DNA of 64,000 nt from Thermoplasmata archaeon. Lineage in GTDB: Archaea; Thermoplasmatota; Thermoplasmata; GCA-020350865. This document shows, piece after piece, positions 55,060 through 64,000 of this stretch. The translations under genes and the position numbers were made by a program. Location: assembly GCA_020348445.1 (NCBI GenBank), contig CP070751.1, positions 4,588,960 through 4,652,959 on the forward strand, read 5' to 3'. Numbering within the stretch: position 1 is the first letter of the stretch; every line of letters starts with the position of its first letter. Under the pieces are notes generated by a model, which was not told the origin of the DNA, searched no databases, and worked only from the letters and a program-made list of their open reading frames with translations.

Positions 55060-57528
55060 TCACTGGTGATTCTGAAATATCCCCTTCGTCTCTTCTAAAT
55101 CCCGAAATAAATCAATACTTTCTCTAGCAATAATTGGACTATTACCAATTAATTGGCGAGCTTTTGCCAACTCGTTCAATCGTTTCTTTCCTTCAGCTTT
55201 TTTTAACGTATTGATTAAATTACCCTTATTTCTTTCTTCGTTAAAGAATTCTAAAAGAGTCTTAGAATAATATAAGTAGGTTTCCAATTCTTCCCTTTTT
55301 ACTGATTTAATATCGTCCCTTTCAAAATCCTCTTCCATCTTTATCCCGCATCCTAAACCACAATCAGTTCTGTTCAATAAATCAAGAAGTGATTTCCAAT
55401 TATCCTTTAATTTTAATTTCCTTTGTAACATTAAGATATCATGAAGTAATTGTGTTTCGTCGAGGGATTTCGGTAATGGCATGATTTTCTGGTCCGCATT
55501 TTCGTGTTTATATGCTCCCGACACATCTTGACTTTTATATGATTTAAATATAGCTTCTAATTTTTTTTCCAAATCTTTTTTTACCAATTCAAATGTTACT
55601 GTTGAGAGTGTTTTAGGTTCCTTTTCAATAAGTTCATATGAATCCCTACACTTTCGAATATAATCTCGAGCCAAACCACCGGACATACAATAATTTAAAG
55701 CTGAAAATGGAATTGGTGTGCCAATCACTCTCCTTTTTAATAGGTTTTTCGCTTCCTCAAAATTCAGATAATTTACCTCAATTATTTCGTTAAAAGAACT
55801 GTCAAACGTATCACGAAACGGTAACCCTCGTTGTTCAAACCGGGTAGCTGCACTCTCCGATACCGAAATCAAATAGTAGCAATTATATAAGTGAAATAAA
55901 GCCTTGATATCATTTAAGAAATTCTCCGCTTTTTCAGGTGGTGAGATCTTATCCATCTCATCAATTCCAATAATCACCTTGTATTTATTTTGTGTTAATA
56001 ATGTAATGAAATTTCTGTAATCGTCGATAATGTCGGGCACACTTCTTTGATTTACTGAATATGAAATAGCCTTGTGTTCACCTATATCAACCCCCATTGG
56101 CAATTTAAGTGAACCAGACCAGCCAGAAGTATAAGATAGTTGATATTTTATATTGTCGATATTTTCAATAGCTTTATCCATAATTTCATTTCCAACCTTT
56201 GTTCTCATTGAAGATTTTTTGATATAATAATATGTTAGAATAAATAACACAAGATAAGGAATAGAAATAAAATAGATCCAAGATGGTATCTGTAATAATT
56301 CAAAGCTAATAATATCACCACTAAGATATGTAGATGTAAGTAAAACGGCCGTTAAAGTTAATGTTATTAACATGAAAACTCTCATAGTTGTTTGGGTCAA
56401 TGGATAATAGCGAGTGTGTATTTGTAGATCTCTTCGCAATTCGGATGGAATTTCAACTTCTCCTATAAGCTCTTGAAAATGATGAAATATTTTTTCACGA
56501 GTTTGTTTGGCAAGTTTACGTATTTCAATTGGTGATTTTAGATATTCTAATAGGAGAGCTTTTTGGCAAATCTTTTTAAATATATGCAAAATAAAATCAC
56601 GGGCATCATAATCAATAGGTGCTGAAGTCATCAGTCTTAACACTTTATTATCCAGGTCTTCGACATCCTTTGCAACATCTCCTTTGCATATCTTTCTTAT
56701 CAGAGTTGATTTACCAGATCCACGAGGCCCTGATATCCCGATTGCTGCGCCTTCCATTCCGTCAATTTTCTTTTCAAGTTGAGATATAGATTCTCTTGGG
56801 GTTATATATTTAGGATTGAAAACTTCTGTTAATTTGTCAGTTTTTCTACTTTCCATGGTCACTTCATAGGAGGGTTCGGATAAATCATCAATTATTATTC
56901 TTATTTCTGGTTTTATTCCTTCATTTATGATTTCTTTTCTGGTTCCATCAACATTTTCACTTATTATATCTATTTTCAGTTCGCGTCTCATATCTTCTTG
57001 GAATTGTTCTTTTTCACGGACATACTTCTTTCTAAATAATTGATTTGCTATAAGAAATTGAATTACTATGATAATATATATGCCAAAAATTACAAAACCA
57101 GGATATCTAATGAACCATTCGATCGTTGGAGAAAAGCCAGAAAGAATCGTTGATAAAAGAAAACCTGTTATAAATATTATTCCTGCAATTATTATTGCTG
57201 TTTTTAATAGATCAAATAGAAATATAAAACTGGAATGAGGAGGTTTTACGTTTAATAATTCTGCCTTTCTTTCTGACAATAATTTTTTATTCACAATATA
57301 CTTTCTATAATAACTATCACAAGCTTCTGTAAATACATCTTTCCTATTTTCAATACTTAAATCAAAACTTTCTTGTGAAAAATCACCTTTTTCCACCCCT
57401 CTCTTTATCGCCTCACTGATTTCAGGTTCTCTGAGAGCTTCATTTTTAAAAATTTCCCACTCTTGTGAGGTCATTTGTGGTATTTGACCATCCTTCCTAC
57501 CCTTTTTTATAATTTCAGGACCTGGCAT
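55060..57528 (-). CDS. Membrane-associated KAP-like P-loop NTPase
   Basis: GISGPRGSGKST Walker A, TM pair inserted before VIIGIDEMDK Walker B; GGGTGA RBS before ATG 57528. Confidence 0.75.
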   Translation of the reverse strand: MPGPEIIKKGRKDGQIPQMTSQEWEIFKNEALREPEISEAIKRGVEKGDFSQESFDLSIENRKDVFTEACDSYYRKYIVNKKLLSERKAELLNVKPPHSSFIFLFDLLKTAIIIAGIIFITGFLLSTILSGFSPTIEWFIRYPGFVIFGIYIIIVIQFLIANQLFRKKYVREKEQFQEDMRRELKIDIISENVDGTRKEIINEGIKPEIRIIIDDLSEPSYEVTMESRKTDKLTEVFNPKYITPRESISQLEKKIDGMEGAAIGISGPRGSGKSTLIRKICKGDVAKDVEDLDNKVLRLMTSAPIDYDARDFILHIFKKICQKALLLEYLKSPIEIRKLAKQTREKIFHHFQELIGEVEIPSELRRDLQIHTRYYPLTQTTMRVFMLITLTLTAVLLTSTYLSGDIISFELLQIPSWIYFISIPYLVLFILTYYYIKKSSMRTKVGNEIMDKAIENIDNIKYQLSYTSGWSGSLKLPMGVDIGEHKAISYSVNQRSVPDIIDDYRNFITLLTQNKYKVIIGIDEMDKISPPEKAENFLNDIKALFHLYNCYYLISVSESAATRFEQRGLPFRDTFDSSFNEIIEVNYLNFEEAKNLLKRRVIGTPIPFSALNYCMSGGLARDYIRKCRDSYELIEKEPKTLSTVTFELVKKDLEKKLEAIFKSYKSQDVSGAYKHENADQKIMPLPKSLDETQLLHDILMLQRKLKLKDNWKSLLDLLNRTDCGLGCGIKMEEDFERDDIKSVKREELETYLYYSKTLLEFFNEERNKGNLINTLKKAEGKKRLNELAKARQLIGNSPIIARESIDLFRDLEETKGIFQNHQ

Positions 57529-58039
57529 TTTTCTCACCCTTCCTAAATCTTGATAATTTATTATTACCCAAGCCAGGATGTAAGATCAACATCCTATCGT
57601 TTCTAATTTTATACTTAATCCTTCCTTACCTACAGGGATATCCAATGTCTTCCTTACACCCTATCAACCCGATAGAGCATTAATATAATATTATAAAAGT
57701 ATATCGTTCATTTTAAGAAATACTAGGTGTTTGAATAATAGTGTTTTATAATAGGCTGTACTCCCCTCTCCTCACAAACTCCACAGCCTCCTCATCCCTG
57801 AGCATCTGCTGCCTGATCTTATGCTTGACATGGCTATTATCTGGACGGAGGTCTGGGGCCTATCAGGGGAGGTGTACAGCTCCTTGGGGTGAACTGGAGA
57901 GGTGGGTTACGAGACTGGTATATGTGTGTTAGGGATTAGAGGAGGTGACTTTTTGGGAAAGGATTTTTATCTCTGTATAATCGAAGCCTTTTAATATCTA
58001 TAACTCATTTAATATTCTACTGAAAAGGGAGGGTATAAC

Positions 58040-59620
58040 ATGAGTTACTGCACAAATTGTGGAACAAAATTAACTGAGGATTGGGATTTTTGCAGCGAGT
58101 GCGGTGAAAAAATAGCTAAATCAATAGTACACCCGCCACCACCTCCACCCCCACCCCATTCCAATCTCGAGGATGAAGGAGTCCAGAGCAGAGAAAAATC
58201 CACAATACCTGTTGCTTTACCAACTCCACCTCCTCCACCCCCTCCACAGCTACAACCAATTCAACCAACTCAACCCCCTCAATACCAACCCCAATACCAA
58301 TATCCCATGGTAGCCCCAGTTGCAGAAAGGCAAAAGTCAAGAGGACCGATATATGCAATTGTAGCAATAGTTGTAGCAATTGTGGTCTTATTTGCTTTCA
58401 TGAACCTAATAGGGCCAGGAATTAATTATAATCCTTTTTCGGAGGATACTGAAAATAAAGATAGAGACGGGGATGGATACAACAACGATATAGATGCTTT
58501 TCCGGACGATCCCAATGAATGGGAAGATACAGATGGTGACGGTATCGGTAACAATGCCGATACCGACGATGACAATGACGGTTTTTCAGATAGCGAAGAT
58601 ATTTTCCCTTTAAAGGACGTAGGAATCCAAATTAAATTAACTGGTTTTGAAATTGTTGATCCAATTGATTTCTGGGATTCTTATGGTGAAGTTTATTTCC
58701 ATGTATATATAAATGATAGATTCGAGGGAAAAATCGATAATGACGGTGCCACATGGTCTGCATTGCAGGGAAGTTACTACACAATCGATGTATTTTTACC
58801 TTATAATGTTAATGATAATCAAGCAAACACGAAAATAAATATACAGATGTGGGATGATGATTTATTTGATGACGACCTTGTAGATATTGATGGACTTGAT
58901 GAGACTCATGGTTTAACAGTCACATATGATCTATCAAGTGGTCAATGGACTGGCGATGACGATGATGGATACACAGATGGAAGTGATGATGGTACACAGA
59001 ATTCAGATGATGACGATGGCATATTATCATACAGTATTGAAAATTATGATGTAACCTACAATAAAGTTTTTAATTGGATGTATAGTAATAAAGACTTTGA
59101 ATTATCGGTGAATATTCCTCCAGACCTTTATGCATATTATAGTTCACTCCCAAGAACCAGTGATGAGGCATCTTATGTCACATCTGATGATGAGGTTGTT
59201 TCTGAGATAGCCACACTACTTCTTCAAAAAGCTGATGATGAAGGTTACGATTATTATGGGACTGTAAATTTTGTATTAAGATTTGTTCAGAGTATCGAGT
59301 ACACTGCTGATAATGTAAGCACTGGAATGAATGAATATTGGAGATATTCAGTAGAAACTTTGGTAGATGAAAATGGAGATTGTGAAGACACTTCCATCTT
59401 ATTCGCCTCGTTAATGGAAGCTATGGATTATGATGCGGTATTACTTTTACCAACAGGTCATGCGGCAGTTGGAATTTATGGAACAAGTTATAATGGATGG
59501 CGTGTAGAATATCAAGGTAAGGAATATTTCTACTGTGAAACCACAGCTGAGGGATGGGAAATGGGAGAAATGCCTGAAGAATATGAGAATGAAGAAGTGG
59601 ATGTTATTCAAGTCGAGTAG
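58040..59620 (+). CDS. Zinc-ribbon/Pro-rich membrane protein with DxDxDG repeats and transglutaminase-like Cys protease domain
   Basis: CTNCG...CSECG, poly-Pro, TM, TSP3-like repeats, GDCED...GHAAVG...YCETT. Confidence 0.8.
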   Translation: MSYCTNCGTKLTEDWDFCSECGEKIAKSIVHPPPPPPPPHSNLEDEGVQSREKSTIPVALPTPPPPPPPQLQPIQPTQPPQYQPQYQYPMVAPVAERQKSRGPIYAIVAIVVAIVVLFAFMNLIGPGINYNPFSEDTENKDRDGDGYNNDIDAFPDDPNEWEDTDGDGIGNNADTDDDNDGFSDSEDIFPLKDVGIQIKLTGFEIVDPIDFWDSYGEVYFHVYINDRFEGKIDNDGATWSALQGSYYTIDVFLPYNVNDNQANTKINIQMWDDDLFDDDLVDIDGLDETHGLTVTYDLSSGQWTGDDDDGYTDGSDDGTQNSDDDDGILSYSIENYDVTYNKVFNWMYSNKDFELSVNIPPDLYAYYSSLPRTSDEASYVTSDDEVVSEIATLLLQKADDEGYDYYGTVNFVLRFVQSIEYTADNVSTGMNEYWRYSVETLVDENGDCEDTSILFASLMEAMDYDAVLLLPTGHAAVGIYGTSYNGWRVEYQGKEYFYCETTAEGWEMGEMPEEYENEEVDVIQVE

Positions 59621-59691
59621 TAGGTTTTTTCTACTGTTCCCTATTGGGGTTTACAGAGAAATGAGATTTGTAACAGATAACTTGGTTTATA

Positions 59692-59760
59692 AGGCGCGCA
59701 AAAAGGGGCGTGTCGGTGGAGGAATAGGCAGTCAGGGAAACTGTGGAGGTGGGTTTCGAG
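59692..59760. repeat. Composite repeat copy 12 (module A)
   Basis: Exact 26-mer core at 59694-59719. Confidence 0.9.
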
Positions 59761-59951
59761 AGTGTTTGATGTGCAGCCTCGATTTATTTTTTATAACAAT
59801 ATAACTTTCGTTTATCTATAGTTATTTAGGGAGAAAACTTTTAAGCTATCTACCAAAACTTATTTATACAAACATGATAATGCAAAAAATACCCTTATAT
59901 TGGATAATGGTCCATATCTGAAAAAACAGTGTTGAGAAAGGGTTTGATAAT

Positions 59952-62900
59952 ATGAAAAAGAGTGCATCAATCTTGTTTATCATAATGCTAACAACAAGTA
60001 GTATGGTTTTTACGATATCATTCACGCCATCAACGGTAAGTGCATACCAATCCCACTCTCCCATATACATCAGAGGAGATGCCGATTTTTCCGATGGCGA
60101 TGATGATGGAGTAATTAATCCAGGTGCAGCAGGAACCGAAAATGATCCGTATATTATCGAAGGATGGGAAATAGATGCAAGCACAGCAAATGGCATTGAG
60201 ATAGACCAGACAGATGTATATTTTATAATAAGAAATTGCTATATTCATGATGGCTATCCAAATTCTAATGATGGTATTTTGTTAATTGAAGTAGGAAATG
60301 GCACGATAGAAAACACGGAAATTGAAAATAACGACAGAGGAATATTTGTTTGGGATGGAAGCCATGATAATGTAATATCCAATAACAGTATTTACTTAAG
60401 TAATTTTCAGGGCATTCTTATCGATTTAAGTTCAAACAATCTAATATTCAACAACAGCATCTACGATAATGATGATGAGGGGATTTTCCTTGATGAAAGT
60501 CCAAATAACATCATATCACACAATGTTATTTCAAATAATCGAGAAGGAATAGTTCCCAATCACCTTTCACCTGGGATAATCATTCAGAATAACAGTATCT
60601 TTTCAAACACTGCAAGTGGCATATTGCTTGCCGGGACCTCCAATCATACAATATCCAACAATGGCATCTATTTAAACAACGCATGGGGCATATATATTGA
60701 CTCAAGTCCAAATAATCTCATATTCAATAACAGTATCTATTTGAATAACGCTGCGGGTATAACTTTATGGCCTGCTTCTGACAACATCATATCCAATAAC
60801 AATATCTCATATAATACTGGAGGTATAGTTCTACTTCTTGGATCAAGCAATAACAACATTTCGTACAACAATATCAGCTATAACACGGATCATGGGATCA
60901 GTGACTCCGAAGGTTCAGATAATAAATATATTAACAATTATATAGATACGAACAGTGGATTTGGTATAAGGATATCTTATACTTTATATAACAATTTGAT
61001 AGATAATGTCTTTTACAATAACGGAATTGTAGTACGGGGGGGTCAACGCCTCAATTGGAATTCACATACAATTTTAAACAATACCGCCAATGATAGGCCA
61101 ATTTATTACTACAAAGATGTTAATGGAGTAATAGCCCCAAAGGAAGCAATAGAGGTCATATTTGCCAATTGTACTAATTGTACTTTCCAAGGAATAAATT
61201 CATCACATACTGATGTAGGAGTAGAAGCGGGATATTCAGTTAACATCACGATATCCAACAATAATTTCCTAAACAATAAATGGGGATTATTTCTTCGATC
61301 AAGTAAATTTAATACTGTCTCCAACAACACCCTCAATTTTAATGTTAGGGGCATATATGGTTATGGAATCCATAACTCCAATATATCCCACAATAATTTT
61401 TATTCAAATAGTGATGACGGTATGCATCTTTACGTAGGCAGGTACAATTGGATCTTTAACAATACTATTTCAAAAAGCACACGTGGAATAAATATCTGGG
61501 GATCATCGTTTGACAATCTATTCTATCACAATAATATGATAGACAATACAGACCAGGCATGGGACTGGACAAATAACGCAAACCAATGGGATATCGGTTA
61601 TCCGGGTGGTGGCAATTATTGGTCGGATTTCGATAATTCCAGCGATGGAGCCTACGATGATTATCAGGGAGCGAATCAGGATGTGAGCGGAAGTGACGGT
61701 ATCGTGGATAACGGTACAATAGGTGGTGGAGGGGTAAATCCATATGTAATAGATGCTGATTCCCAGGATAATTACCCCCTTATAGAACCTGCATTTTTAA
61801 CACCCCCGGAAGTAATACTGAACCTTCAGGCAACAACCGGGGATTCCATTGTAAACCTTACCTGGGACCCTCCTTCATGGGACGGCGGTTCCAACATAAC
61901 CGGGTACAATATATACAAAAACGGAACTGCAGTTGTCTACGTATTTGTTCCAGTAAATCAGACATGGTTTGAGGATCCGGGCCTGATAAATGGTGTGACC
62001 TATATTTATCATGTTTCGGCAGTCAACGGCATAGGTGAAGGATTGATGTCAGCTGTAAGTGCAACTCCAAGCACCATACCTTCAGCACCCGGGAATCTCA
62101 AGGTGGAGGAGGGATACGGTTATGTAAATATCTCCTGGGACCCGCCAGGATCCGATGGAGGTTCAGAGTTAATCGAATATTTAGTCTATCGAAACGGGAC
62201 AAATGGTTCTTATGATATCGCTTCGGCAGATCAGCTCTGGTATAACGATACAAATGTAAGCGACGGTATAACCTATACTTATAATATCAGTTGTACAAAC
62301 AAAAATGGCGAAGGTGCAAATTCCACGATTGAAGGAACACCGCTTGTTCCAACAATCCCATCAGAACCCAAAAATCCCTTTACAGATTCCGGTAATGGCT
62401 TTGTTAATCTATCCTGGAAAATACCGATATTTGATGGCGGATCTAATATCATGGGTTACAATATCTATAAAAATGGCTCAGCAGGGGTATATATCTTTAT
62501 TCCTGCGGGTCAGTTGTGGTTCAACGATACAAATGTGATAAATGAACTGATCTATATGTACAATGTTACTTGCGTAAACGGTGTGGGAGAAGGACCGCAT
62601 TCCATTGATGTTGTCGGAACTCCATCTGCACAAACAATACCATCAGCGCCTCGGAACCTCACCTATGAAGAAGGAGATGGAGGGATAAATCTTACCTGGG
62701 ATACTCCCTCATTTGATGGAAACACCTCCATAATCGGGTACAACATCTATCGTAATGGAACTGAAATGCCCTTGGATTTTGTTCCTGCAAATCATTTGTG
62801 GTTCAATGATACAGGATTGATAAATGGAATGACTTACACCTATAATGTTTCTGCAGTAAACGGCAAAGGAGAAGGACCAAATGCCACAATTTCGGCAATT

Positions 62901-64000
62901 CCCGGAACATTTCCTTCAGAACCCGAGAGCCTGCAGGTTGAGGAGGGTTACGGTTATGTGAATATCTCCTGGGCCCCACCAAAATCGGATGGGGGCTTTT
63001 CAATATTTGAATTTAACATTTATCGTAATGGAACCGTCGGACTGTATGCAAATGTCTCAGCAGGACAACTTTGGTTCAATGATACCAGTGTAATAAATGG
63101 TACCACCTATACCTACAATATCACGGCAATAAATGCAATCGGGGAGGGTCCTAATTCAGATAATATCATGGGAACATCCCTTATACAGACAGTTCCCTTA
63201 AAGCCGCAGGACCCACAGACCGCAAACGGAGATGGGTACGTCAATCTGACATGGAACCGACCGCAGGTTGATGGCGGATCTCCAATAATTGAATATAATA
63301 TCTATCGAAACGGAACCATTGGAATCTATGTTACAGTAAATGCAAATCAGTTATGGTTCAATGACACAAATGTTCTCAATGATTTGATCTACACATACAA
63401 CATCACAGCAATGAACATTATTGGAGAGAGCTTGCATTCAATCGATGTTATAGGAACGCCTTTTGTTCCGACCGTGCCATCGACTCCACAGAACCTTCAA
63501 ATAGATGAGGGAGACGAATACATAAATCTAACTTGGGAAATTCCTACAAGCGATGGTAATTCACCAATTTTAGGATATTATGTTTACCGAAACGGAACTT
63601 CTGGTTATTATGACATTATACCTCCAGATCAATTGTGGTACCTTGATTTAAATGTTGTCAATGGAATCACCTACATATACAATATCTCAGCATTCAATGC
63701 AATTGGAGAAAGCATAAGATCTTCTGATATAACTGCCACACCAAGGTCTTTATCATCACAACCCCAAGACCTTCAAATTGTACTCGGTGATGGTTACCTA
63801 AATCTCACCTGGAATGTTCCCTTTGATGACGGCGGCTCACCGATAACAGGTTATAATATATACCGCAACGACACCTCAGAAGTCTATGGTTATGTTACTG
63901 CGAATCAGTTGTGGTTCATTGATGATGTCGTTGTCCCTGGTATCAATTATACTTATTATGTTTCTGTTATCAATGATGTCGGGGAGGGCCCTCTTTCTAC
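59952..64000 (+). CDS. Surface protein, beta-helix + many FN3 domains, runs off window end (paralogue of 41919)
   Basis: ATG 59952 MKKSASILFII signal peptide; reads as beta-helix then FN3 sequence to 64000; absent from ORF track, consistent with no stop in window. Confidence 0.88.
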   Translation, partial: MKKSASILFIIMLTTSSMVFTISFTPSTVSAYQSHSPIYIRGDADFSDGDDDGVINPGAAGTENDPYIIEGWEIDASTANGIEIDQTDVYFIIRNCYIHDGYPNSNDGILLIEVGNGTIENTEIENNDRGIFVWDGSHDNVISNNSIYLSNFQGILIDLSSNNLIFNNSIYDNDDEGIFLDESPNNIISHNVISNNREGIVPNHLSPGIIIQNNSIFSNTASGILLAGTSNHTISNNGIYLNNAWGIYIDSSPNNLIFNNSIYLNNAAGITLWPASDNIISNNNISYNTGGIVLLLGSSNNNISYNNISYNTDHGISDSEGSDNKYINNYIDTNSGFGIRISYTLYNNLIDNVFYNNGIVVRGGQRLNWNSHTILNNTANDRPIYYYKDVNGVIAPKEAIEVIFANCTNCTFQGINSSHTDVGVEAGYSVNITISNNNFLNNKWGLFLRSSKFNTVSNNTLNFNVRGIYGYGIHNSNISHNNFYSNSDDGMHLYVGRYNWIFNNTISKSTRGINIWGSSFDNLFYHNNMIDNTDQAWDWTNNANQWDIGYPGGGNYWSDFDNSSDGAYDDYQGANQDVSGSDGIVDNGTIGGGGVNPYVIDADSQDNYPLIEPAFLTPPEVILNLQATTGDSIVNLTWDPPSWDGGSNITGYNIYKNGTAVVYVFVPVNQTWFEDPGLINGVTYIYHVSAVNGIGEGLMSAVSATPSTIPSAPGNLKVEEGYGYVNISWDPPGSDGGSELIEYLVYRNGTNGSYDIASADQLWYNDTNVSDGITYTYNISCTNKNGEGANSTIEGTPLVPTIPSEPKNPFTDSGNGFVNLSWKIPIFDGGSNIMGYNIYKNGSAGVYIFIPAGQLWFNDTNVINELIYMYNVTCVNGVGEGPHSIDVVGTPSAQTIPSAPRNLTYEEGDGGINLTWDTPSFDGNTSIIGYNIYRNGTEMPLDFVPANHLWFNDTGLINGMTYTYNVSAVNGKGEGPNATISAIPGTFPSEPESLQVEEGYGYVNISWAPPKSDGGFSIFEFNIYRNGTVGLYANVSAGQLWFNDTSVINGTTYTYNITAINAIGEGPNSDNIMGTSLIQTVPLKPQDPQTANGDGYVNLTWNRPQVDGGSPIIEYNIYRNGTIGIYVTVNANQLWFNDTNVLNDLIYTYNITAMNIIGESLHSIDVIGTPFVPTVPSTPQNLQIDEGDEYINLTWEIPTSDGNSPILGYYVYRNGTSGYYDIIPPDQLWYLDLNVVNGITYIYNISAFNAIGESIRSSDITATPRSLSSQPQDLQIVLGDGYLNLTWNVPFDDGGSPITGYNIYRNDTSEVYGYVTANQLWFIDDVVVPGINYTYYVSVINDVGEGPLS

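Noticed and set aside
57880-57930. Possible thirteenth composite repeat copy
   Set aside because: Only a short GGTGGGTTACG resemblance; too weak to call

Overview
Archaeal genomic window (TATA/BRE promoters, GGTGA/GGAGG RBSs, tRNAs with bulge-helix-bulge introns, archaeal ATPase, sequon-rich surface proteins); a Thermoplasmatota-like host is my inference only. Two halves. (1) 1-31 kb, an anaerobic respiration island: UbiA prenyltransferase, three GlcD/Dld-type FAD oxidoreductases with two CCG-domain Fe-S partners, a GcvH/LbpA-like + GGR-like + LipS1-type radical SAM lipoate module, an 879-aa membrane-anchored cytochrome with 30 candidate haem motifs plus a cytochrome b partner, CcmF, a second multihaem cytochrome with a CxxCK motif, two Lrp regulators, a complete IS481 element and a Hep/Hag-repeat fibre protein. 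(2) 31-64 kb, an accessory region in which almost every spacer between 1-2-gene modules (ATPase, lectin, HicBA, CPBP protease, NosD/FN3 surface proteins, MNT-HEPN, KAP NTPase) holds a co-oriented copy of one composite non-coding repeat containing ~34-bp imperfect palindromes. Inside it is a 3-kb minus-strand array of 21 tRNA genes covering all 20 amino acids, six with 37/38 introns and many with non-canonical features. The array also carries an HNH gene, three promoter-linked structured non-tRNA RNAs, and a flanking 51-bp direct repeat. The tRNA array and the repeat-delimited cassette-like organisation are the best candidates for undescribed systems. All tRNA folds, counts and alignments were done by eye and need computational confirmation.
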